Part shown: positions 25,501 through 36,465 of the stretch, one piece after another | How positions within the stretch are numbered: position 1 is the stretch's first letter | Layout of the letters: every line of letters begins with the position of its first letter | Origin: Klebsormidium nitens | Lineage: Eukaryota > Plantae > Klebsormidiophyceae | Assembly: GCA_000708835.1 (NCBI GenBank) | Contig: DF237621.1 | Location: forward strand, 1 to 44,696 | Length of the DNA stretch: 44,696 nucleotides | Direction: 5' to 3' | Made by a program: the position numbers and the translations under genes | The notes under the pieces: model-generated | What the model was told of the DNA's origin: nothing | What the model saw: the letters and a program-made list of their open reading frames with translations, nothing else | The model's database searches: none

Positions 25501-28500
25501 GCTCTTCTGTGCTATAAAACGTTAGGAAAAGATAAAGCACATTGGAAGTCCAGTCCGCTCTCAAGGGGGGCAACATTCTCTTGACAGACTCTGTTACGGG
25601 ACTACAATTCCATCAACGCAAGCCGTTTTAACTTTTTATATCGGGTCAACTCTCATGTTTGACAAATCTTTGCGTTGCTCATTGCCAGCCGAACACACTA
25701 ATACTGCCGAACACACTAATACTGCAAGTTTCTGATTCCATTACTTGCTCGTTGTAGTGTGCTTGGTGGTTTAAGCCGGGTTTTACCAGCACGCAGCGTC
25801 CGCGCTCAAGTGCGGAGAGTTCGCGGAGTTCGTCCCAATCTTCTGAAATACCAAAAGGCCTCCTTTCTCTGGAAATCGTGAACTTTCTTTTCTTTGGAGT
25901 CCAATCATATTCGAGAACCCCAGTACGGCCAAGGTGTTTGTTTTCCACGACTCCCAACAACCATGTCTTCTTGTGAATCCAGAATCTTGCTCTGCAGTGC
26001 GACAAGCGTAACATACTTTCGCGGATTCAAACTTTATCACTCAGTGGAGGCTTCCGGGAATGTACGACTAACTCCCGCCTCTCGTTTTTGCAGTGCGGCT
26101 GGTGGTACAAGCCGTGGTTCTACCAGCACGCCGCGTCCGCGCTCAAGCGCGGCGAGTTCGTGGAGTACATTCCGACGCGCCAGTGGTACCACCGCCACAC
26201 GCGCTCGCTCTACTGGGAGGGCAAGCTGATCCTGCCGTTCGGCGACAACTTTTTGTTTCGCTTCTTCTTCGGCTGGATGATGCCGCCCAAGGTGTCGTTC
26301 CTCAAGCTCACGCAGGGCGACGCGATCCGCAACTACTACCACGAGCGCCACATGTGCCAGGTGAGTTGCTGAATCCTTGGCTTCTGTCAGTCGTGGTCGG
26401 GTGCGCTTATTGACTTTTATGAAAGCCCGTACGGTCAAAATTTCTTACCGTTTTATTCGGTCGTTGCAATTCGCAACTACTACCACGAGCGCCACATGTG
26501 CCAGGGGGGCCGCTAGATTTTCGGATATTTTTTTATTGTTGCCGCTGTAGGACCTCATCCAAAGCCCATTTGTACGCTTCAGCACGTCCTCGGCCGCTCT
26601 TGCTGGATTTACTGTGGATCAATCTCTGTGATATCTTTTTGTTAAAAATGTTTGCTTGGAAGTTTCTTTGACCAAACTAGCCGATTTGGACAAGAAGCGT
26701 CGTCTTTAGAGTTTATCCGTCAAGTGGCAGAAAAATATTAGCACGAGTTGCCCTCGAACAAAAATTGACGCTCCAAATCTGCACCGAGAATCTCTTCTCG
26801 TCGGTCGGGTTCATACAGTTCGTCCTAAACCATGGCGTCGTAGGCTATGGAACCAGCCTCATTTTGGATCAAACCGACAGGCTTCTCTGATCGTTCATTC
26901 TTTACTCAGCGCTTTGTCGTTTTTGCCCTCCATCTGTTCTCGTTGATGGACTTAAGCTCTGATCCTATCCGCAGCTGTCCGGATTGAATCTCGCTGGAGG
27001 CCATGGTATCACTTGACTGCATGCCTATCAACGAGATGCATACGAGGAACATGATCTCATCACAGTGATCAACCAAGATCTGGATGTTAACTTTCCATAG
27101 CTACATTTACAAGCAGAAAGGACTCCCGAACCAACCTCGAAAGCCCGCAACTCCGCAGGTCCCCGTGTAACGTGTCGGCGAAGCGCTTGAGCTGAACGAG
27201 TGCATTCGGGGCGCCTCCGAATCTTTCTTTCCTATAAGTGCGTCCTTTGTCCTGCCGAGGTTGATTTGTGCCCGTGTGGTCCAGGCTAAAAAATCATTGG
27301 ATGTTAAACATAGAATTTCCACTTTTTGAAGATCTGGAAGACTGACTTCGGATGCATCCCTTTTCGCAGGATATGCTGGTTCCCGTGTACCGCGTCGGCG
27401 AGGCGCTCGAGCTGAACGAGCGCGAGTTCGAAGTGTACCCCATCTGGCTGTGCCCGCACCGCCTCTACAAGGTGCCCCAGAAGGGCGTCATGGTCACGCC
27501 GGAGCCAGGGTACGAGAAGCACAAGCGCCCGGGCGACACGGCCGCAGCGCAGATGTACACCGATATCGGGCTTTATTACGCCCCAGGTACTACAGCAAGG
27601 TTTCTTGTTCGACGAAGGGTTTGGCGTGTTTGTTTTGTCGTGTGGAGCGTAATTGGAAGTTTGTCAGGAGCTGGGCTACGAGAAGCAAAAGCGTCCGGGT
27701 GACACCGCGGCCGCGCTAAGTTACACTGACATTGGCTTGTACTACGCGCCAGGTGCGATTTCGAAGATTTCGTTTTTCCGATGATCGCTCTTGTCATGTG
27801 TTCGTTGGTCGTTGGGAGAATTCGTGGAGTTCGGCTATAAGAAGCACAAGCACCCGGGAGACACCGCTGCAGCACAGCTGTGCACCAACATCGGGCGTTC
27901 TTATGCGCCAGGTTCCATTCCGGAGATTTGGTCTTTCCGATCTTGGCGTTATCGTTCTTGTCGTCTGTTCTTTTCAAGTAGGCCGTATCCGTGAAATTCG
28001 CGCCTATAAGAAGGACAAGCGCCTGGGAGACACTCAAATGTACACCGACTTCGGACTTTACTACGCGCCAGGTGCATCTACAAAGATCTGCTCTTCAAAT
28101 CTTGGCGTTACCGCTCTTGCTGGTCTTGTCGTGTGTTATTTTCAGTGGGTTGTATTTGGGAAGTTTGGCTGCGAGGACACACTGTCGCAGCGCAGATGCA
28201 CACCGACATCGGCCTGTACTTCGCTCCGTCGAAACTTTGCTGGCTTTTTCCGAAAGCTCTTCCAACGTGTGCTTATTTGAGTGGGGAAATTGAGTCCCAT
28301 TATGGGGAGCCCGGCAATGAGAAGCACAAGCGCCCGGGGAGATGTTATGGCCGCCCAGATGTCAGCGACATTGGCTGTATTATGCGCCTAGGAGGTATAA
28401 ATGACATTGTCGGGAGTACGTACTAGCAGCTGTCGCCTGCTTCTTGTTGATGCTATTGCTCCCTTCGGGATGTGTACAAGGCGTTTCTCTGAGTTCTAGT

Positions 28501-29805
28501 CGCAGGCGCCTGCATCCTGTGTGACGTCATCGCTCCACCCTTCCTGACGTCATCAACTCCTCCGTACCAGCCCCGTGCTCCACGGCGAGCTGTACGATGG
28601 CGATCGTCTCGAGACCACTGCCAGCCGCCTGCACCTTGCTGACGTCATCGCTCTTATTTATCGACGCCATCGCTCTGGATTTCCTGACGTTATGGCTCCC
28701 TCCGCTGACGTCTTCGTCCCCCCCGTACAGGCCCCGTGCTGCGCGGTGAGGTGTACGACGGCGTGTCGGCGTGCAAGCGCATGGAGCAGTGGCTCATCCA
28801 GAACCACTCGTTCCAGGCGCTCTACGCGGTCACGGAGCTGACCGAGAAGGACTTTTGGGTCATGTTTGACCAGACGCTCTACAGGTACGACATTCGCTCT
28901 TAGCGTCTGTTATGTTTGTTTTATCTCGTTTGTGATCTTTGGAAATCAATGCGATTGCGAGCCCGCTGAGAAGGACTTTTGGGTCATGTTTGACCAGACG
29001 CTCTACAGGTACGACATCTGCTCTTAGCGTCTGTTATGGTGGCTTGAATCTCTTGTTGACTTGCTGATTCTTCTGTCTTTGATGCGACTGTGAGCCCGCT
29101 GTGAGGGACTTCTGGGTCATCTCGACCAGACGCTCTACACGTACGACACTTAACATCAGAGCTCTCACTATGTTGCCTTGCCCTCATTAACCTGCTGGCT
29201 GTGTCCTAGAATTGATGCGAGTAGGAAGCGTATTGAAAAGGACTTTCGAGTTCACATTCAACCCGATGCTCTGTAGGTGCGATATACAGGTTTAGCGCTC
29301 TTACGGTTGTTTACAATCGGACTTGCGTTCGTGTAGACCTGTTGATTATGGCTCGAATCTCGGGCAGTCATGAGGTCAATGTAACGGAGTAAGGGTCATC
29401 TTCGTCGTATTGTTGGGACAAATCATTTGTTTCAATAGAGCTTTAAAAGGATCCATTGATATCTGACAGTTGTGAATGTACCTCTACTCGAGCAATTGTT
29501 TACTTCTCCGCCAGCGCCTCTGTCCGTCGTTACGAAGTTTTGCGAAGGATATTACCTGAAAGCTCGGGTCTTCTGTCTTGTGTTCGAACATGCTCATGTG
29601 GTAATCATCTCCTGATGACGTGATCAGAAGCGGACAAGGTGCTCATCACAGAATCCCGATCTGCAGGAACTGCCGCGTCAAGTACAAGGCGCAGGGGACG
29701 TTCATGGGCGTGTACTACAAGTCGGCCAAGGGCCGCAAGTCGGAGGCTGACGTCCTGAGAGAGGAGAAGGCGGCTGCGGAGAAGGAGCGCATTCAAGAGG
29801 TTTAG
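22599..29805 (+). CDS. DWF1: Delta(24)-sterol reductase / C-24 isomerase-reductase (DIMINUTO/DWARF1), ~567 aa, 6 exons
   Basis: Exons 22599-23315, 25036-25245, 26094-26360, 27370-27586, 28731-28884, 29667-29805 (1704 nt, in frame). Motifs: DGLVCTARKPW, FAD-binding [88 protein letters not shown], C-terminal GTFMGVYYKS. Confidence 0.97.
25689..25724. repeat. 18-bp direct tandem duplication
   Basis: CCGAACACACTAATACTG x2. Confidence 0.9.
27670..28395 (+). repeat. Five degenerate tandem copies of DWF1 exon 4 3' end plus donor
   Basis: ...AAGCACAAGCGCCCGGG.GACAC...TACACCGACATCGG...TACGCGCCAG|GT-like units end at ~27752, 27911, 28071, ~28228 and ~28391 (~160-bp period). The first three keep CAG|GT. 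Confidence 0.9.
28960..29290 (+). repeat. Three copies of DWF1 exon 5 3' end plus donor
   Basis: 28968-29017 is identical over 50 bp to 28844-28893, including the donor. Further, more diverged copies have donors at ~29141 and ~29277. Confidence 0.9.
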
Positions 29806-30554
29806 GCTTCAAAGTGTAACGAGACGGATTGTCCCAATCTGATCCAGCAAAAGTGTGAGCTGGAAGTGGGGTCTGAGCTTGAACTGGGGTGTGAGTGTGT
29901 GGAACTGACTCTTTAAGAAATTGGACAGAAGGAATGACAAAGTGGGCTCCTTGCCGAAGCCCGCTAGTTTTGAAAGAATGGGGCGTTGTGCTGGTGGACG
30001 TGGTTTAGAAAAGGGAGTCATGTGCGTGTTGAATGGTCTGAGCCAATGCTATTTCGAATAATAGAAGAGTACGGTAGGAGCAGTCTGGATTCGTTTCAAC
30101 GACGGAGCGCGTCCGAGTACAAGGCCGTAGTCGATTCATCCTTTGTAGAGCTTTTAGGAGGTGTTCGTAGGACGGATAACAGTCGTCAATGGAATAACCG
30201 TCGAGCACTGTTAGGGCGCAGAGTTGCGTGCAGTACATGAACTGCAGCATCAGCAGCACTGCTACTAGCCTAGTTCACAAGTCAGAAAAGGATGCGACTT
30301 GACATTGCAAGCTCGGAAAGTCGGAAGAGTCAGATGCTTTTGCTTGCATGTTCTTCCAGTGCCCAGCCGAGAATACTGTCAAGTTTGAGCACACTATTCC
30401 TCATCGGACTGACTTATTATATTGAGGAGGCTGCTCAATATTTAACGGAAGGCTTCAGCACCGCGCATTGGCTGCATCCAGGCAATCTGATGTAGCTGTC
30501 CTAATAGGACGGCAGCCATGTGACGCGAGCAACCTAGCTGCTGACTCTCGATCA

Positions 30555-30610
30555 GATTTCAGAATCTACACAACACATGAATGATTTCAGAATCTACACA
30601 ACACATGAAT
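30555..30610. repeat. Perfect 28-bp direct tandem duplication
   Basis: GATTTCAGAATCTACACAACACATGAAT x2, in the intergenic region between DWF1 and the F-box gene. Confidence 0.95.
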
Positions 30611-31493
30611 TTGCAAATCTCGAAAGAGAGTTACGCGGTCAGAGATCCTTCACATGCTCCACATGCGACGTCGGGTAGTGGTTTTGAGCAATATTGAGCT
30701 TCAGCGAGCTAGAAATCGGAGCCGGCCGTACCTATATTAAACTTGCGCGGCGGCACGATCGTTACTCTCGATCTAAATATACTGTGTACGTTAAAGCCAT
30801 GATATGAATGAGGTGCCCGCGTCGACAATACTACATAGAACAATTTTATATGTTCCATGGAACTTAGGTACAATCTTTGCATGCGATATCATGAGCCCGC
30901 TGCCAGTTGATTTGCTGTCATGGTACTGATCGAGCCAAATATGCAGTTGCAAGCCAGGCATGTGCTCTTCAGTATATCATCGACTCACTGTCAGCCGATC
31001 GGGCCAGTGGATCACTGGTTAGCAGTTACCTACTTATTCAAGACGGGTTCGTTTCGCAAGCAGCGTTTTGCAACGATTCTATCCCAAACGAGTCGGGAAG
31101 CTTCCGCCCGTGGTTTATTACCATCGCGCCTATACGCCCTTTCAGCGCCCGCAGGATCGGACCTGAAAACGGTAAAATCGTGTGCACTCTAATCAGCCGC
31201 GCGCTGAGTTCATTAGCTACCTTGAAAGATGTACACGTACTGCTATAGCTTAAGGTCTGTAAGCCAGCTAGCACCGCGCACCTCAAAACCTTTGGCTCAA
31301 CACTAGAGCCGCTACTTCTTTTCATAGAACACCATAAGTAGATACTTCTGCCCAAGAAACGCGCCGCCTATTCCGAATCCGATCGCATCTGTACAGATCT
31401 CTCATACAGTAATAGTCTGAACGGCTCACTGCGGACCTTCGCATCTTAGCACTCTGTTCGCACACACGACAGACATTTTGACCATTCCGCCCG

Positions 31494-34400
31494 TTACTCC
31501 TCGGATTCCGCTGGAGCGTCCGACGCCGAGATGCAGGAACAGTCCTGGCTGGTTGCCCCGTCTTCTGATCCTAAGCCGCTCTCGCTGCGGCTCGAGTCGC
31601 TCTTGGACGCGGCCGCGACCGCGGGCGCGCGCGCGGGCGCCTTTTCGGCGCACATCGCGTCCTCGAGGAAGCGCACGTCGTCCTCATCTAGTTCCTCGTC
31701 GTCTTCTTCGTCATCGTCCTCGTCGACCGACCAGTCGCCGCCTGCGGAGGAAGGTTGCGTCAGCAAGCGTCAAACGTCCGAGTATGTAGCAAAGTGGACA
31801 CACTTTCGAATTCGAGCCAGTTGAACTGCCGTTGTCTTAGTCGTCCTCGTCATATCTCACCGATGAGCCGCGGCTTGCGGACAGAGGTTGGGTACGTATC
31901 GCGGATTGACCTGATGTGAAGGGCGACAAACTAAGTGCTTTGGAATCGTCCCAAGTCCGATGAAAAAGTCCCAAGTCCGATACTGCTAGCCCTAATTTAT
32001 AGATGTCCTCGGAAGTGCGTGCAGAATCTCCTTAGCAGCCATTCAAATGCATGGTCAAAGCAACCAAGAAACAGCTTCGAGAGCCGTCCAAACGCGCGCT
32101 TCTTGCCTTACGAGACAATGGACATCGGAGAAATTCAAATCAATACCGTCCACGGTCCTACTTTCTGTTCGTTGTTAACAGGTTGATCATGTCCGAAAAG
32201 GGGCCGCCTAAAAGGACGTCCGATAAAGAAGCTCACCCGTGGTTACCAGTACATCTACCGGCACGTCCAGCCCCACGGCCGCCTCAACCGTGCCCCGGTC
32301 TCTCCGGACCGCGGACACCAAAAAGTCGCCCGTCCGGCTCGTGAACAGCGTTCCGTCCAGGTTCCGCACCAGCACTCCTGCCGTCCGACATTCCGCTTCC
32401 GCTTCCGCTTCCGTTCCGCTCCCAGATGCGCCGTCCGTTCCCTCGTCGGCCTCACATCGATTTGTCGCGCCCTTCGTCCCGCTCCCCGTTCCAATCTTGG
32501 TTCCGACGTCCGTCCCGGTTCCGGTGTCCATTCCGGCATCAGTTCCGGTCGGAGTTCCGTCCTCCTCCCGGAGCAGCTCCATCAGCGCTCGCGGAATGAC
32601 TGCCATGAAACCGGACGACGAGAAGACGGTCCCGACCGGCCGCCGCCGGCGGGTGACCTGGTACGCACCCTCGCCGAAGCGGGTCTGGATGACGGCGCAC
32701 TGGAGGCCGCGGTACGTCACGATGACGTCAGCGTTCTGGAGGGCGTCAAGGATTGGGAGGACCTCTTGTGTCCAGCGCCAGCGGTGGATGTCCGACGTGA
32801 AGAAGGCGTGCATGCTGCGGTGGGGGGAAAGGGGGGAGTTAGTATCAACCCTCACAATGGATGCTGCGGCCAAAGAATGTTCTATAGAATAGGTTTAGTT
32901 AAAGAGCAAGGTTTAGTACTGGGACGGGTCCCGGACGGGTATGGTTAGTACGGTGGTTAGGGTGGGTATGGGTGCGGAGCGGGTGATTATTAGGTCTAAG
33001 TTTTTAGTGTTTAAGCTTCGTTCTTACTAATACTTGAGCTTACTAAAGCTATTCTAGAGAAGTAAGTCTTATCGGCCAAAGAGTACATTTCGATGATTTT
33101 AGCGGAACGTTCCTATTGGAAAGTTGGCAGACGTTGTCCACGCCGAACAGCTCGTTCCAAGTGTGAACGAATCCAATCGGTTTGTCCTCCATGGGATGGC
33201 CTCGATTCGCGTTTGACTGGTGAAAGCGCTGAGGGTAGGCTAGTGAGAGCTTGAAATTGTAGGTTCTAACATTCTTTTCCCTTTATCAAGGAACAGTGGG
33301 ACTTGTAAAGAGCTGGTGAGGCGAAAAAGGGGTTGAGTTTCATGAAAGCAACGTATAATCAGTCGGCCTGAAGGGAGTGATAATACAATTGATCCTTCAT
33401 TTTGAGATAATGGACAAGATAGAACAGTAAAGTATTCCTAACTTTAGAGTGTTTCTTTAAAAATAAGGTAGACAGTTATCTATCTTCAGAATAAGATGTC
33501 TCGCATGGAAAGTCTATAAGTTCCCAGATATCAAGGGAAAAGAATGCCATTGATAGGTTAACGTGGGAGAGACTAGCTGTCCGGTAGCTGTAATTGTGAA
33601 AGTAAGCTTCAAAATGGGAGCGGAAGCAAATCAAAAGCTCGTAGTTCGAGTAGGTAATACCGCATTCAGAGCACCCAATCAGGAGGTTAATTCTGTGTGC
33701 ATAGTTTGGAAATTCCAATCTCAGATGCAGAATAAAGAAGAGCGGAAATATTATCCTGAAAATGTACAATTGACAGATGGCAGATACTATCTGCAAGACC
33801 TTGCCAAGTTCCAAACCGCCAACTGACTGAGCTGGACAAGTGCAATATCTAGGTTCATAAGACAGACAGTAGCATTTTGATAGACAATCAGCGAACTTCA
33901 AGGACAATTCCACACTTGAATGGCAAGTAGCAGACCTGGAAAGCAATCAGCAAAAGCTGCCCAAGGAATCCAGAGAGAAGAACAGGTCTGCTGTGGATCC
34001 AAGACGGAAGAGAAACTGAATGAAAAGGGAAAGCAAGGCATGTACTCTGCTGAGTCATTAAACTGAAACACAGGGTAAGAAATAGGTGAGCTGAAAAGCA
34101 AGAAGCAGTCACTGGCTATCAAAAGACAAGAATGGGGGAGTGACTCACGGGTCGATGATGTAAGCATCGCCTTGTATCCGTAGCATGTGGGAGGGGTTGG
34201 AGTCGTCGAGCAACTTGGCATGCACGATGCCGATCGTTGCAGCCATGTAGTTCCATTTCCAGGACTCTTCCAGGGTTGCTCTACAGAAACTAGAGCGGTA
34301 GCATTGGAGGGCCCAGAGGAGGTCGCATGTAGCCAGCGCGTGGTAGCTTTTATTCACCTGAAAGAAAGGACCACTGTCTTTCGTGACTCCGACGAGTTAC

Positions 34401-36465
34401 GTGAAGAAAGAACATTCTTGGCGAGAGGCGAAATGATATCTTGGAGGGGAGAAAGTGATTTGTGACTGCTTGAGGAAGGTTTAAGACTCGTCTTCCTGAA
34501 TCTTCTGGTGGGGATACAAATCCATTTCAGTTGCTCGGAAAAGGTAGAAAGAAAACATTCAAGAGGCCTTCTCTCAAAGGATGTTTTGCATACATTTGTT
34601 TGTAGGCCTTGAGGGGAAGAAGTAGATACAGAGCCGTGTCTTCAGAGGGGTCCTGTTGGCCGAGAAAAAATGGAAGATTGAGCTTGTGAAGAAGGATATT
34701 TGGAGGAAGAAAAAGTCTTCAGACAAAAATGCTTTTGGAAGCTTGACATCAGCTTTTTTTGGCGATCCGGGTGATTAGCAGCCAAAGCAGTCAAGCCTTA
34801 AGAAGCTGAACTTGATCTTGATCTTTGACCTGAGGTAAGAATGTCTGTGCTTTTGTTCAGTTTTGAGCATCATCTTTTGGGCCAGAACTTGGGGTGAACA
34901 GAAGAAAGTGATGTGGATAAGAACAACAGGATGAGCTTATCCCAAGCACATGTTAGGATGATCACAAAGGAATATATCCATCGTAGAAATAAACTCTTTC
35001 AAGGCGTTGGAGCGTAGCTTTCCAGATGGGAATGGAAAGGAAAGGTTTGACTGCTTGCAATTCTGAGAACAGAAGGATACCCCCCGCTTTGTGGGGATAC
35101 AGCTGGAGAGAAAGTGCGTTTCTTTGTATGCTCTTTGACAATTGGGGGGCATACTTGTAGCATATTTATTCCTTATATAGGATTCAATTTCGTGATGACC
35201 GTTTCTTTGTTGTTGTGAGGGTGTCCAAATTTTGACTTGTTGAAGTGCGGGAGTGCCCGTTATTGATACCTTGGCAATTATGCACTTCTAACCATCGCCT
35301 TAGTCACCTTAGTCAGAAGCACACTATGCAACAGGCCTGTCATCAGCAGCCTAGCTGAACATAGTCAACTGAGCTCATCCCGGCAAGTCCAGTTTACCTT
35401 CACTGCATACTAAGGACTGGATAATTGGTATAGACTCCTGGACCAACAGCTAAGCTGGACATCCTGAAATAAATTTAAAGCTGAGCAATCCAAATGGAAT
35501 CTAATAACTACATTTCTGTATTACATACCATAATGGAAGCAAGCATAACTGCATTATGCCACTACGCTCATAGTGGCAATGCTCTGTGCACATTCTAAAG
35601 AAGTTTTCATTGCCCAGTCAGAAGTTAGATGTCTATGTTCTAACTAGTGTGTCTAGGTTGTGTGCGCACAAAAACAAGTGGTCAAGGAGTGGTCACATCC
35701 TTGCTGTGCCCCGTCGCACTTCATGTTGTATGTAGAGAAAGGCCTCAAACAAAACGAATGACAAGTACATGAGCCTTGAAGTGTTCATTCAACAGGCTGA
35801 CTTACCTGGGACATCTGGCACAAGTCCTTAACCGGCAAATGTTGCAGGACTCGAAGCTTCAGCTCCCACGGCAGCTTATCCAGGCCAAGTGTGGACGTTT
35901 CCAGCTGCTTTCTCGATGGCGCCACACAGGAATGTGACTGCCGAACACTGCTGCTTGGAACATGCGCTTCGCTCCTGCTCCGGATTTGAGCTAGGTCCTT
36001 GGTAGGAGGCGTCGTCGGCCCCAAGGCGACATCCATCAGATGCACCGAGCTAGATCTCCTGAAGCGTTTTGTTACGCGCACCGCACCCGCTTCGTCCATC
36101 TCGTCCGATGCTCTCCTCTTCTTGGAAGCACTCTCCAGCATCAAGAAACACTCTGTGACAGCTTTCTTCCCCATCGCAGCCTCTTCAGAGGAGCTGCTTC
36201 CCTGCTGGCACTCCCAGAAGCTGCTCACAGTCACAGCTGCAGCTGTCATGGCTGCTGCCATGCTCACGGCGTGATGTGACACAATCTGCGCCGCCACAGC
36301 GATCTGCCGGAAGCGCCCCTGAGGTGCCTGCTCCACGCACCCGCGGATGAGCGCCATGAGCGCAACTTGGGTGCCAGCTCGGACCTGCCCAACCGCCGCT
36401 GCGGCAGAGAGTTTATTGCGCGCTGCTAATTCTGTCACTGTGTCATACCACGTGAAGCCCTGCAT
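31494..36465 (-). CDS. F-box protein with unrecognised C-terminal domain and acidic tail, ~564 aa, 4 exons (start codon uncertain)
   Basis: Exons 35806-36465, 34149-34357, 32237-32814, 31494-31741 have canonical GT-AG ends and matching phases (0, 2, 1; 1695 nt). Splicing exon 1 to exon 2 rebuilds a full F-box motif, LDKLPWELKLRVLQHLPVKDLCQMSQ|VNKSYHALATCDLLW. The last exon carries the acidic run DEDDDEEDDEELDEDD. Confidence 0.75.

Noticed and set aside
27587-28395. Regularly spaced repeats that could be mistaken for a CRISPR array or mutually exclusive exons
   Set aside because: Eukaryotic intron with no cas genes. The units are degenerate exon ends, not identical repeats with unique spacers, and each copy carries only one splice site, so they are not complete alternative exons.
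32890-32975. GGTTAG / GGTTTAG motifs suggesting an interstitial telomere
   Set aside because: Not a tandem array. On the sense (minus) strand they read CTAACC / CTAAACC, branch-point-like motifs upstream of the 32815 acceptor.
33563-33826. 87-aa plus-strand ORF inside F-box intron 2
   Set aside because: No ATG start, no convincing splice partners and no recognisable domain.
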